Positions 27,733-38,386 of a DNA stretch of 64,000 nucleotides are shown piece after piece. Source of the DNA: Spirochaetia bacterium (GTDB taxonomy: Bacteria > Spirochaetota > Spirochaetia > UBA9216); NCBI GenBank assembly GCA_963675665.1, contig OY776510.1, positions 4,032,001 to 4,096,000 of the forward strand, given 5' to 3'. The notes beneath the pieces are model-generated. The model worked only from the letters and a program-made list of their open reading frames with translations. It was not told the origin of the DNA and searched no databases. Within the stretch, counting starts at the first letter, position 1, and every line of letters begins with the position of its first letter. A program made the translations under genes and the position numbers.

Positions 27733-29432
27733 ACTTGATAAGAAAATTCTTTGTGTTTATGATACTGCTTTTATTTCTGACACAGTTCCTGCCAGCACAG
27801 CAGGCACCGGATTTTGAAATCAGTGCCGAAATAGTAAACGGTTCAGGCGCCGGATATCTGCTCCGGGTTGAGTATGATTTTCCTGAAGGCTTTCATCAAA
27901 CTTTCCAGGAGAATTTTTTTAAATTCGAGATAACTGCACCGGATTATTTGGAAGCCGGAACAATAATATACCCCGAAGGAAAGCAGGAAGGGGATGTTAT
28001 GAATTATTACGGCAGAACCGTTATCACAGCGGATCTTCTGAACTTTGATCCGACAAATACTTCACCCGTAACAATAAAGGCATTCTGGCAGCTTTGCAAC
28101 GAAGAAGGTATGTGCCTGTTCCCGCAGTCGGCAGAGGTTGAGGCTGACGCATCCTATTCCGTTATGCCCGTGGAACAGGAAAAAGCAGGTTTTACTTCCG
28201 GCATCCTGTTTTTTCTTATTCTATCATTCCTGGGCGGGCTTCTGCTGAATGTTATGCCCTGTGTTCTTCCGGTCCTTTCTATTAAGGCTCTCAGCCTGGT
28301 TAAACAGGGAGGTGAAGATAAAAAGCAGATACTTATATCTTCCCTGCTTTATACTGCAGGTATTCTCGTTTCACTGCTTGCACTGGCGGCAGTGGTCATA
28401 ATCATAAAAGCTTCCGGCGAACAGGTGGGCTGGGGATTCCAGTTTCAAAACCGCGGATTTGTACTTGTTCTTCTTACCATTATCTTTGTTTTTGCACTTT
28501 CCCTTTTTGAGGTCTTTACAATTTCCGCTCCTGTAATGAGAACAGGAAGTTCTCCGATTCGATCAGGAAAAAGCAGCGCCGGTTCGCATTTTTTCAGCGG
28601 GGTTATTGCGGTGCTTCTTGCAACCCCCTGCACCGCTCCGTTTCTGGGCACCGCCGCAGGTTTTGCTTTCTCCCAGACCGCTCCGGTAATAATCGGGGTT
28701 TTTCTCATGGTAGGACTCGGCCTTGCATTTCCTTTCATCCTGATAGGTATTTTCCCGTCTTTTGTATCGAGACTGCCCAAACCCGGAGCCTGGATGAATA
28801 CTTTTCGCGAGATAATGGGTTTTCTGCTTATCGGCACTTCGGTATGGCTTATTGACGTATTGATCTATCAAAGCGAACCGGGATTTCTTACCAGGGTTCT
28901 GGTGTATCTGACCGCCCTTGCCGTTTCAGCCTGGTTGTACGGAAGATTTTCAGCGCCCGGTGCTTCTACAAAGAAACGGCTTGCGGGTTTTGCTGCCGCC
29001 GTTCTGATAGCGGCTTTAAGCGCTTTCCTTCTTTTCGGCGGCGAACAGGGATCCAGACAGGAAATTACAGCCGATACCGCATCAAATTCCCGATATTCAA
29101 CATGGCTTGAATTCAGTCCGGAAACAGTGCTGAAGAATGCGGGAGGCAGCCGGCCTGTTTTTGTCGCCTTCGGCGCAAAATGGTGCATGACCTGCAGGAC
29201 AAATGAAAGCACCGTTATATTCACCGATGAAATCACAGATTTCTTTGAAGAAAGCAATGCGTTGCTGATTCACGGAGACTATACAAATAAAAACCCGGAA
29301 ATCGACAGCTGGATGAAAGACTTCGGCCGTGCAGGTGTTCCGTTTTATACCTGGTATCCGGCCGGTTCAACAGAAGCCGTACTTCTGCCTGAAATTATTA
29401 CCAAAAAAACCATAACCGGACTTTCAGAATAA
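27729..29432 (+). CDS. dsbD: thiol:disulfide interchange protein DsbD
   Basis: N-domain C.....C, MPCVLP, TPCTAP, LPKPGAWM, thioredoxin WCMTC. Confidence 0.92.
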   Translation: MNLIRKFFVFMILLLFLTQFLPAQQAPDFEISAEIVNGSGAGYLLRVEYDFPEGFHQTFQENFFKFEITAPDYLEAGTIIYPEGKQEGDVMNYYGRTVITADLLNFDPTNTSPVTIKAFWQLCNEEGMCLFPQSAEVEADASYSVMPVEQEKAGFTSGILFFLILSFLGGLLLNVMPCVLPVLSIKALSLVKQGGEDKKQILISSLLYTAGILVSLLALAAVVIIIKASGEQVGWGFQFQNRGFVLVLLTIIFVFALSLFEVFTISAPVMRTGSSPIRSGKSSAGSHFFSGVIAVLLATPCTAPFLGTAAGFAFSQTAPVIIGVFLMVGLGLAFPFILIGIFPSFVSRLPKPGAWMNTFREIMGFLLIGTSVWLIDVLIYQSEPGFLTRVLVYLTALAVSAWLYGRFSAPGASTKKRLAGFAAAVLIAALSAFLLFGGEQGSRQEITADTASNSRYSTWLEFSPETVLKNAGGSRPVFVAFGAKWCMTCRTNESTVIFTDEITDFFEESNALLIHGDYTNKNPEIDSWMKDFGRAGVPFYTWYPAGSTEAVLLPEIITKKTITGLSE

Positions 29433-29555
29433 TCATTGTATAAATGATTACTCAATTATCAGCCGATAGCTGATAATTCTACTTATAGAAATAGACAACC
29501 CGGCCTGTATCTGGTATCCTTGTAGTAATTAACTATTATTATCCGGAGGAGCAGA

Positions 29556-31463
29556 TTGAAAAGCAGTAAAGATACTTTGGCGCAGAGATTAAAATTGATT
29601 TGTGCAAAATATGCTGACCTGAATATCTTTTTAATCAAGGATCAGAAGAACAATTTTCAGCCCCTGAAATTCAGGGATTTCTGGAATGAAGTAAAAGTCT
29701 ACAGTTCCGGGTTAAATGCAATAGGCATTAAACGCGGTGATCATATCGGGATAATTTCTGAAAACCGAAAAGAGTGGATAATGACTGATTTCGGCGTCAC
29801 AGGCCTCGGAGCAGTTGACGTGCCGCGCGGCTGCGATTCAACAGCTGATGAAATTCAGTACATTCTTGCGCACGCCGATTGTCCTGTTACATTCGCTGAA
29901 AATTACGCGCAGGCGGAAAAAATCCTCTCTAAAATCGACAGTATCAAACTCCTGAAAAAAATAGTTCTCTTTGATCCGAAGAATATGGACAAGCTCAAGC
30001 CTCCGGCGGATGTTGAACTTCTTTCTTTTGATGATGTGTACAAACTTGGAGAAGAGGCCTTTAAAAAAGAGCCCGACCTCTTTGAAAACGAAATGGAAAA
30101 AGGAAGCTGCGAGGACCTTGCTACAATCATATATACTTCCGGAACTACCGGCAATCCGAAGGGCGTCATGCTTACTCATAAAGCGTTTCTGTTCCAGGTA
30201 GACCGTATTAAACCACATCTTAATCTCTGTCCGGGCGAGATAATGCTTTCGGTACTTCCGATATGGCATTCTTTCGAACGCGCCTGCATGTATATTTCCG
30301 TCTTCCTCGGCCTTGCCACGGCCTTTTCAAAACCGGTCGGAGCAGTCATGATGCCTGATATGGAAAAAGTCAAGCCGCAGTGGCTGACCTCTGTTCCGCG
30401 CATATGGGAAAGCGTCCACGCGGCAGTACTTCGCAGCATCAACAGCGGAAGCGCAACCAAAAAAGGACTTTTCTTCTTTTTTCTCAGCATAAGCGAAATT
30501 CAGACCTATCTTTACGATATGTTTACCGGAACCCTTCCGCAGTTTTCCAAAAGGAACAGGTTCATAGATATCTTTGTCAGCGTAATTCCGCTGGCTGTCC
30601 TTACGCCGTTTAAGAAACTCGGGGATATTCTTGTTTTCAGCAAGCTGAAAAATAAACTCGGCGGCCGTTTCAAAGCCGGGATTTCAGGCGGGGGGGCCCT
30701 GCCCTCTCATATCGACAAGTTCTTCAGGGCGGTAGGAATCTCAGTGCTTGAAGGTTACGGGCTTACTGAAACAGCACCGATTCTTGCAGTACGAATTGAT
30801 TCCAAACCGGTGCCGAATACAGTCGGACCATTGCTGGAAGATATAGATTACAGGATCATAAGTAAAGACGGAGCTATCATGCCTGTAGGTTACAAAGGCG
30901 AACTTCATGTTAAAAGCGAGCAGGTTATGCTCGGTTACTACAAGGAACCTGAACTCACGTCAGCCATTCTTAAAAACGGATGGCTTAATACCGGTGATAT
31001 AGCTGTTTTTACCCATACAGGGGAATTTAAAATACTTGGACGCTCCAAGGAAACAATAGTGCTCAGGGGCGGCGAGAATGTTGAACCGGTGCCTATTGAA
31101 GACAAACTGAACCAGTCGGACTATATCTCACAGGTTATGGTAGTCGGCCAGGACCAAAAGTTTCTCGGTGCCCTTATAGTTCCGGACATCGAAGTAATTG
31201 AAAATCTGGCTATCGAAAAAGGCATTTCCTACCTTGAGAAGGAAGAGCTTTTCAGTAACCCGTTTATCGAAGAACTTATGAACAACGAGATCAAATCGCT
31301 TGTAAACGCAAAAACAGGCTTTAAAGCCTTTGAGCGGATATTCAGGTTCAAGCTCCTTCCAAAAGAATTCGAGGTCGGCGTTGAAATGACACATTCGCTC
31401 AAGTTGAGAAGAAATGTAATTACCAAGATTTATAAAAACGAGATTCGGGATCTCTTTAAATAG
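29556..31463 (+). CDS. fadD: long-chain fatty acid-CoA ligase
   Basis: YTSGTTGNPKG, EGYGLTET, TGD, GRSKETIVL.GGENVEP. Confidence 0.93.
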   Translation: MKSSKDTLAQRLKLICAKYADLNIFLIKDQKNNFQPLKFRDFWNEVKVYSSGLNAIGIKRGDHIGIISENRKEWIMTDFGVTGLGAVDVPRGCDSTADEIQYILAHADCPVTFAENYAQAEKILSKIDSIKLLKKIVLFDPKNMDKLKPPADVELLSFDDVYKLGEEAFKKEPDLFENEMEKGSCEDLATIIYTSGTTGNPKGVMLTHKAFLFQVDRIKPHLNLCPGEIMLSVLPIWHSFERACMYISVFLGLATAFSKPVGAVMMPDMEKVKPQWLTSVPRIWESVHAAVLRSINSGSATKKGLFFFFLSISEIQTYLYDMFTGTLPQFSKRNRFIDIFVSVIPLAVLTPFKKLGDILVFSKLKNKLGGRFKAGISGGGALPSHIDKFFRAVGISVLEGYGLTETAPILAVRIDSKPVPNTVGPLLEDIDYRIISKDGAIMPVGYKGELHVKSEQVMLGYYKEPELTSAILKNGWLNTGDIAVFTHTGEFKILGRSKETIVLRGGENVEPVPIEDKLNQSDYISQVMVVGQDQKFLGALIVPDIEVIENLAIEKGISYLEKEELFSNPFIEELMNNEIKSLVNAKTGFKAFERIFRFKLLPKEFEVGVEMTHSLKLRRNVITKIYKNEIRDLFK

Positions 31464-31478
31464 CAGGAACCTTCTTCC

Positions 31479-31524
31479 AAAAAAAGCTCTGCAGCACACC
31501 CATGTGTTCTGCAGAGCTTTTTTT
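31479..31524. terminator. bidirectional intrinsic terminator
   Basis: AAAAAAGCTCTGCAG...CTGCAGAGCTTTTTT. Confidence 0.85.
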
Positions 31525-31540
31525 ATTACCGCCGGACAGT

Positions 31541-32692
31541 TTAGAATTTATACTGAAACATTATTGTGCTCTGCATTGTTTCTTCCTGCAGGTTTGTTCC
31601 GACAAGCGGAAACCCGAAAATATAGCCGACCTGGGCAAAATCAATAATATTCAGCGCAACCTCAAACCCTGTAGAACAGACGAATTCGCCGTTATCAGAA
31701 TCCCGGTATTCCGTATTAAAATACCTGCCCGCAAAGTAACCCATGTCAAAAAACAGGTTAATCAGTGGATTGGTATTGTCTATAAACTCTATACCATAAA
31801 ATCTGACGTCAAAATTATTAACGGCGGTAAATTCCGTTCCCATTGAATTGCTCTCAAATCCGCGCATCTTTGTACCAAGTGCCGGACTCTCCTGGTAAAA
31901 CTGGGGAATGGCCGAGCCGGTTGTATAGTCAACCTGTACCCTGTCGGCAAGGTAGATGCCGAGAAGTTCAAGCTCGCTGTTTTTCCGCTTTAAATCGAGC
32001 AGGCTGTAATAACCTTCCACAGTAAGATTAACATTTACGAAACTGCTCGTTCCGAGGATTGTGTTCGCCAGCCATGACGGCGCCCATTTTACCGAGCAGT
32101 CGGCCCAAAACCCATCGTAGACATCGCCGATGTCAAGCCTGTCCATCTCCACACCCGCCTGCAGAACGTTCGTAAATGTCCCATTCTTATCCGGGTAGGC
32201 CTGTTCCGATCCGGATAAGAAGATCGAACCTTCACCTCCTCCCCAATTTTCATGAGGGGATGTAAAATGAGCGGCATACTTTGCATAGCCGGCCAGAAAC
32301 GCCTTTTCACGGTTTGGCTCCTGGATAAATCCCTGTTTCAGTTTAAGGGAAAAATCACCCTGCCATTTGCTGTATGAATTATAATCATCAAAGCTCGGAT
32401 CTGAGGTCTCCATTCCTATTCCGCCTTCAGCGTCTATAGGAATTCCGTCGCCCTCAGTCCAGATATCGGAACTGATTAGCGCTCCGCCTCCTATGATATA
32501 GAAATCGGTCCTCTGGTCCTCGATAAACTCCCAACCGGTATAATCTACGCCTGCACGGACATAAACCGGGGCAAACCCGAACAGCAGATCCGAATGAAAC
32601 CTTGCATCTTCAAATGCAAAGCTGAAATCTCCGGCAAATGATGATGTTCCGGCAATGATTGTAATGATTAAAAGAAAAATGATTTTTTTCAT
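31541..32692 (-). CDS. Omp85/BamA-type outer-membrane barrel lacking POTRA domains
   Basis: Signal peptide, MRGF (VRGF lid motif), FFDMG (FxDxG), C-terminal FQYKF. Confidence 0.7.
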   Translation of the reverse strand: MKKIIFLLIITIIAGTSSFAGDFSFAFEDARFHSDLLFGFAPVYVRAGVDYTGWEFIEDQRTDFYIIGGGALISSDIWTEGDGIPIDAEGGIGMETSDPSFDDYNSYSKWQGDFSLKLKQGFIQEPNREKAFLAGYAKYAAHFTSPHENWGGGEGSIFLSGSEQAYPDKNGTFTNVLQAGVEMDRLDIGDVYDGFWADCSVKWAPSWLANTILGTSSFVNVNLTVEGYYSLLDLKRKNSELELLGIYLADRVQVDYTTGSAIPQFYQESPALGTKMRGFESNSMGTEFTAVNNFDVRFYGIEFIDNTNPLINLFFDMGYFAGRYFNTEYRDSDNGEFVCSTGFEVALNIIDFAQVGYIFGFPLVGTNLQEETMQSTIMFQYKF

Positions 32693-32788
32693 CTGTCCTC
32701 CCTGAATTACCGTTTAATTTTAAGGCGGGCGCTATTATTTGTAAATAACATCTTTTTTTTTTCTCCGTTTTATACTAAAACTCTGTTT

Positions 32789-33460
32789 ATGCTTCTCTAC
32801 CAGGATAAAGATATTATTGCAGTAAACAAAAAAATCGGGGAATACGTTCTGCCCGGAATAAAAGGCGAACCGGCCCTGATTGACAGGCTGGAGAAAAGCT
32901 ACGGCAGGTTATTGCCTGTTCACAGAATTGACGTTCCCGTAAGCGGAATTGTACTTTTTGCAAGAACAAAGGCCGCCGCGGCCGACCTGGGCAGACAATT
33001 CAGCGGTCAGGCAGACAAACCTGTTGAAAAGCGTTATCTCTGCGCAGTCGACGCTGCTCCACCGGCCGAAAGCGGCAGGCTTGAGGATTATCTCTATATT
33101 CCTTCCGGTAAAAAACTTAACAAGGTACGGGTGCTGAAAGAACCGGGAAAAAACACAAAAAAAGCTGTTCTTGATTACCGGTTAATATTTCGGACGGAGA
33201 GGTATTACATTCTTGAAATCACGTTGCTGACCGGCCGTAAACATCAGATAAGAGCCCAGCTTGCGGCAGCAGGCTGTCACATAAAGGGAGATATAAAATA
33301 CGGCGCTAAACGAACCAATCCGGACGGAGGCATTCATCTGCATGCTATTTCGTTAAAACTGGCGTCGCCTTCATCCGGAGCTTCCCTGTTTATCCTTGCG
33401 CCGTTGCCTGATGATCCCCTCTGGAACGCACTGCCTCCGAACCTGCTGCCGGGAGAATAA
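32789..33460 (+). CDS. RluA-family pseudouridine synthase
   Basis: AVNK, VHRID (catalytic Asp), TGRKHQIR, GD.KYG, LHA. Confidence 0.93.
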   Translation: MLLYQDKDIIAVNKKIGEYVLPGIKGEPALIDRLEKSYGRLLPVHRIDVPVSGIVLFARTKAAAADLGRQFSGQADKPVEKRYLCAVDAAPPAESGRLEDYLYIPSGKKLNKVRVLKEPGKNTKKAVLDYRLIFRTERYYILEITLLTGRKHQIRAQLAAAGCHIKGDIKYGAKRTNPDGGIHLHAISLKLASPSSGASLFILAPLPDDPLWNALPPNLLPGE

Positions 33461-33467
33461 ACACGCT

Positions 33468-33788
33468 TCAGAAACTGATTCGGAAAAACAGGATCAGAAG
33501 CACAGCCAGAAGAATCAGCAGCAGCGGTATTATCCGTTTATAGAAAAGATCTGAAAACTTTTGTGGTTTTTTCGCAGGCTTTACAGGGGCGGAACCTATT
33601 TCAAAACTGTTACCGTTATTCTCTGCAGCGTAGCCGCATGAGGGGCAGCCGTCCGCAAACAGGTCCGGGCTTCCTGCAAGTCCGCAATTCGGGCATTTTA
33701 CCGATTTAAAATACCGCCCGCAGTGCGGACAACGCAGTTGGTTCCGATCAACCTGTATGCCGCAGTTGTCGCAGAAAAACTTCTGCAT
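33468..33788 (-). CDS. multi zinc-ribbon protein with C-terminal membrane anchor
   Basis: Four CxxC motifs plus a hydrophobic C-terminus. Confidence 0.85.
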   Translation of the reverse strand: MQKFFCDNCGIQVDRNQLRCPHCGRYFKSVKCPNCGLAGSPDLFADGCPSCGYAAENNGNSFEIGSAPVKPAKKPQKFSDLFYKRIIPLLLILLAVLLILFFRISF

Positions 33789-36700
33789 TACTTTTTCATT
33801 ATTCCAAGCAGGGTCAGGTCATCATACTGTTCGTCTTCCTTGAGATGGCTGTAAGTAATAAACTCGTCATCTTCCTTGCCCGGAACAATATGTCCGAAAT
33901 ATCTGTCGAAACCTTCAAAATGCTCTTTCAGATATTCAGCTATGGCTTTGTCGATATTAACCCTGTCGTCCGGTCCTGCTGAAGGATCCGGATAAAGACG
34001 GAACACCCGCTCAACCGATACAGAAGCCATAACTATATCTTCGATATCCCTGTCGCAGTTTGTAAAATCAAAAATCAGTTCTTCATCTTCAAACGGGTTG
34101 TGATATTTATACAGCGAATATTTCTCTCCGGCCATAAGAGCATTAATTAAGGCCTGTATTCTCGGTATTCCGAATTCTTCGTTATCATTTCCAACCGGGT
34201 GAGTATCATGTTCCGTGCCCCTTTCAAGGCCTTTCCAGTTGCATTCAACAACATTGAAATTCTCATCCCGGAATTTTCTCTGGGCTTCTTCAAGTCCGTC
34301 TGTAAACATCAGCAGGCTGTCTCCGGGGTTAAGTTTGTCCTTGACCTGAACAAAACCGGTCCCCATCCTGACCATATCGGAAGCAAAAACTCCCGATGCC
34401 GGAGATTCAGGAAGCTCCTTGATTATCATTTTCTGCTGCCTGCTGTCATACATATGAAGAAGCTTGTCGCCTGCATTACAGATATAAAGCTCACCTGTTT
34501 CAGAATTGATAATGATTATTGTAAATGCAGCAAACCTTCCTTTAAATCCCCGCTCCTCGAGCATGTCATTTATACTGTAAGTCAGTTCAACAATATTAGG
34601 AGGAACGGGCTTTCCGCTTTTTGTTTTTACGCTTTTTCTGTTTCTGAAGAAACTGAGAAAGATTGTTGCAACCTCAACCATGATCAGCGAAGCCGGAACA
34701 CCCTTCCCCGCTACATCGCATTTTATTGCGGCATAATGAACTTCATCAATCTTCCTGAAATCAAAATAGTCTCCGGAAACTCCCTTGGCGCCTTCGTAAT
34801 AACCGAAAAATCCTATTGTCTCAGTGTCTTCTTTTCCGGTAGAAGCTTTTTTACCTGTACTGTCCTTATCAAGAGGGATAAACATCTTCTGGACTTCTTT
34901 TCCGACGGTAAGGTCCTTGTTTGCAACGGCGGCTTTTACCAGGCCGTGTGTCATCTGGTTTACTGTATCAGCAAGCACGGCAAGCTCATCACGTGTTTTA
35001 ACCTTGATTTCATGCTTTGACAGGGCTTCTTTGTCTTCAGTATCACGGATAATCTCAACACCCCGGACAAGAGTATTAATCGGCCGAATGATTATTGATG
35101 AAAGAACGAATGCTACAACAATACCAAGAAGGATTGCTCCGGCAGCTATTGCGGAAATAAGCTTTATAAGCTGATCAGTGGTTTGTTTGATATTAGCCAA
35201 AATACCTTCCGTTGACACTCCCAGCCTTACTATGCCTCTGAAGAATGAACTGTCTCCCTGTGTTCTGAAAACAATCGGTTTATAAAATGTATAATTTGTG
35301 ATATCAGCCGCCAGGTCCTGGGAATTATATACAGGATAACTTGCCGGCCGGTTTCCGATTTGAAACAGGCGATTGTTCAATTCCTTGTCAAGCTCACGAA
35401 GTTCATCCTGAATCTGGTTAATAGCTTCTTCATCTTCTGCATTTCCCGTCTGGATGAAACGCGCAACAAGCGGTTCAACCTGAGTATTTAGTCTCTTTAT
35501 TTCTTCTACAATACCGTCAACTTTCGCAGCGGCTTCTTCATTTATTGAATCTCTTAGAGCATCAGCCAAGCCTGCAATTTCATCGTTCATCAGATAATAT
35601 CCGGCAGCTCCGGCTTCTTCAGGCAGCAGTTCATCATTTGTAGCCCAAACGTAATCATATTTTTCAGGATCATAAGTTTCCGATGCGGTACTGCCTGCAC
35701 TGGTGAGCGTTACAAATACTGCATCTTCCCCAAGAGCAGACATCTGTGCCGGCAGGGTACTGAGCTCGATAATGTTCTCAGCCGGCAGGAAGGTTCTTGC
35801 ACCTGAAGCAAGGCTTTCAAGAAGAACTTCAGCCCGGTCTTCAAGTCCGGAGGCAAGAATTTCTCTCTGGTTTCCGGATGTTATAAATGCGATTGGTATC
35901 GAGATCATTGCAACTATAAGCAGAACCAGAATCGTCATCAACAATGAAAACTTGACCCTCAGCCCCATTCGTATTTTAGACATTTGAGCTATCCTCTCTT
36001 CTTTTTCTTCTATTGTTAACGGACCGCCTTCTATCAGTGCAACAGCCTGCCTCTTCAGCGTCTTTGCCTCGGTTACAAGCAGGGCGGTTCTCCTGACTGT
36101 GAAAACAAACAGGAAAACAAGCAGCATCAGCATCAGACTGAAAAGGATATATTTAAACGGTATCGTAAACCGTTTTTCCGGAATAATCCCGAGTACCGGC
36201 TGTGGAACCGATGAAAAATCTCCGAGCTTGACAGTACCGGAAGATTCCACATCTATACCGCCCTGCGTAAAATACAGTCCGCGGGAAGGATGTATCAGGC
36301 CTATTCTGTAAGTACCGGTGTCTATATTTTCCAGAACAGGTCCTGAAATGTACCGATCATTTTCCACACTGTAAAGATCGTCGTCAATTCCGTAGGTATA
36401 ATCATACGGCTCGGCGGCATCACGATCCAGAATAACCTGCTGAATCAGACCGCCGACGGAAAATCCGCGGCCGGTTATTTCGAGTGTTACTGCTCCCAGA
36501 TCATCAATCTCGCTGTTTATACCCGTAATGTAGGTTACCGGTATGTATTTATTAAGCCTGAACAGAACTGTTTCCGTCTCGCCGGTATTTCCGACCAGGT
36601 CCACAGCCCTGACGCTGAGCGACCATAATCCGTTATCAATGTTCCTGAATGGATATTCGGTATCAGCAGTTTGAACTCTGGCGGCCGGAATTCTGAAACT

Positions 36701-38386
36701 TAGAGTCTCTGTGTTTACTTCACGGTTCCATAACCCGATATACTGCAGGTTATAACTATATCCGGCAACATCAACATCTTCCGGCGGAGTCCATTTTATG
36801 GAAGATGTATTGGACAGCATTGTCTCGTTATCATCAAGTTCCGGTTCGGCAAAAACAACCTTTCCCGGCGGCGTTGTGTCCCTGACCATCTCAATCCTGG
36901 CCGGTTCGGACCAGTTTCCGGCATAGTCCTGTGCAATAACCTGAAAAAACCAGCTGCCGTCTTCTTCTATCTCAACCGTTATCTCCCTGTTTCGATCAAG
37001 CATCTGAAGACGCTCTTCGGGAATTTCTTCCGGATCTGCACTCCAGCTGTAAGAGTACCCCGCAATTCCGGATGAATCATCAGGTGAATTCCAGCGCACG
37101 GTAAAACGGCTTTGCCCGGCCGGCCTTCCTGCAATAAAATCCGCGGCACGCAGTACCGGGGCGCTTACGGTTTTATCAGGCCCAAGCATCATAAGCCTCT
37201 TGCGTCCCCGGAATTCATTTTCCCAGAGGACAAGAAGATCTCCCCCGCTCACAAGCAGATTTCCAAAAATCGACGATCCGTCGGTTATATAATTAAGATC
37301 ATCCTCAGACCAGTACAAACCGTCCCGCCTTGCCATTATATTATGATAATCACCGACTCTGTTATCAAACCAGATAATGTAATCATTGCCGTCGTACCAG
37401 GTCAGCCTCGGAGAGCGGCATTCCGCATTTCCGGAACTTACCTGCTCGGGAATCACAGTCATGGTTCCGTCATAGCCTATTTTACCGTAATATATCTGGG
37501 GGTTGCCGCCTGCAAACCCGCGTTCCCATACAAGACCTATACCCGATGGAGTACTGTGGATATAAGGTCTCTGGTTATCAAACACATACGGGTCTCCGTC
37601 GTAAAGTTCATTGAAATCCTCAAATCCCGAAAGATACAAAGGGGCCGACCAGGTTATTCCGCCGTTGTCGCTGTATTTCAGGTAAAGCTGAAAGGTTGAT
37701 GTGGCGCCTATATTAAAGGCCTGAAAAACAACAAATTCCCGGTCCATCCACGAGGTGTGCGAAGGCAGAAAATTCCCCTTGAGTTCGGATTCGGGCGCAA
37801 GCTGACTGTATCCGGTCCAGCTTGTTCCGTTATCCGACACAGAGTAGTAAATTCCCAGTGAGCCGAACTCATTCTGAACCGATTCCTGAGTAATAAAAAG
37901 AATCAGCCCGCCGTCCGACCGCATTGACAGCCTGGGGCTTACCTTCAGCGGAAAGCGCTCAGACCTCGAAATTTCACGAAAACTTTCAGCCCTGTCGTCC
38001 GACTCGTACATGCTTACCGAATTATCATTATTTGAAACGGCAAGCATTATTTTGCCGCTGTCGTCAACTACAAGTGAGAAAAAATAACTCTGCTTTCCGG
38101 TATATTTATAAGGCCCTGCAAACCTTTTATTGACGGTCCAGTCTTCTCCATTTACCGAAGAAATCGCTGAAAGATAATACTCTCCTCCTGTCTCTGAAGC
38201 TCCGGTTATCTCCTGCCAGACAGTAGCAATCACACCGCCCCCAGCTGCGGTTCTCGAGAAACCGGCGCCGCTTTCAACAAGGGTCTTCTCCTGTTCCCAG
38301 TAAAAATCCTGTGCCTGGACAGAAAAAATACCGGCGATGCATGTAAGTATAATGACGGTTGCAGCTTTCACTGCTTTAAGATTCAT
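33788..38386 (-). CDS. large sensor phosphatase: BNR propeller + Fn3/Ig-like + TM + HAMP + SpoIIE/PP2C
   Basis: S.D.G..W Asp-box repeats, DYAGNWS/DLVGN, HAMP (RPI..L...DEL..L...N.M), GDYFD, DVAGKG, FTDG, DDLT. Confidence 0.88.
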   Translation of the reverse strand: MNLKAVKAATVIILTCIAGIFSVQAQDFYWEQEKTLVESGAGFSRTAAGGGVIATVWQEITGASETGGEYYLSAISSVNGEDWTVNKRFAGPYKYTGKQSYFFSLVVDDSGKIMLAVSNNDNSVSMYESDDRAESFREISRSERFPLKVSPRLSMRSDGGLILFITQESVQNEFGSLGIYYSVSDNGTSWTGYSQLAPESELKGNFLPSHTSWMDREFVVFQAFNIGATSTFQLYLKYSDNGGITWSAPLYLSGFEDFNELYDGDPYVFDNQRPYIHSTPSGIGLVWERGFAGGNPQIYYGKIGYDGTMTVIPEQVSSGNAECRSPRLTWYDGNDYIIWFDNRVGDYHNIMARRDGLYWSEDDLNYITDGSSIFGNLLVSGGDLLVLWENEFRGRKRLMMLGPDKTVSAPVLRAADFIAGRPAGQSRFTVRWNSPDDSSGIAGYSYSWSADPEEIPEERLQMLDRNREITVEIEEDGSWFFQVIAQDYAGNWSEPARIEMVRDTTPPGKVVFAEPELDDNETMLSNTSSIKWTPPEDVDVAGYSYNLQYIGLWNREVNTETLSFRIPAARVQTADTEYPFRNIDNGLWSLSVRAVDLVGNTGETETVLFRLNKYIPVTYITGINSEIDDLGAVTLEITGRGFSVGGLIQQVILDRDAAEPYDYTYGIDDDLYSVENDRYISGPVLENIDTGTYRIGLIHPSRGLYFTQGGIDVESSGTVKLGDFSSVPQPVLGIIPEKRFTIPFKYILFSLMLMLLVFLFVFTVRRTALLVTEAKTLKRQAVALIEGGPLTIEEKEERIAQMSKIRMGLRVKFSLLMTILVLLIVAMISIPIAFITSGNQREILASGLEDRAEVLLESLASGARTFLPAENIIELSTLPAQMSALGEDAVFVTLTSAGSTASETYDPEKYDYVWATNDELLPEEAGAAGYYLMNDEIAGLADALRDSINEEAAAKVDGIVEEIKRLNTQVEPLVARFIQTGNAEDEEAINQIQDELRELDKELNNRLFQIGNRPASYPVYNSQDLAADITNYTFYKPIVFRTQGDSSFFRGIVRLGVSTEGILANIKQTTDQLIKLISAIAAGAILLGIVVAFVLSSIIIRPINTLVRGVEIIRDTEDKEALSKHEIKVKTRDELAVLADTVNQMTHGLVKAAVANKDLTVGKEVQKMFIPLDKDSTGKKASTGKEDTETIGFFGYYEGAKGVSGDYFDFRKIDEVHYAAIKCDVAGKGVPASLIMVEVATIFLSFFRNRKSVKTKSGKPVPPNIVELTYSINDMLEERGFKGRFAAFTIIIINSETGELYICNAGDKLLHMYDSRQQKMIIKELPESPASGVFASDMVRMGTGFVQVKDKLNPGDSLLMFTDGLEEAQRKFRDENFNVVECNWKGLERGTEHDTHPVGNDNEEFGIPRIQALINALMAGEKYSLYKYHNPFEDEELIFDFTNCDRDIEDIVMASVSVERVFRLYPDPSAGPDDRVNIDKAIAEYLKEHFEGFDRYFGHIVPGKEDDEFITYSHLKEDEQYDDLTLLGIMKK

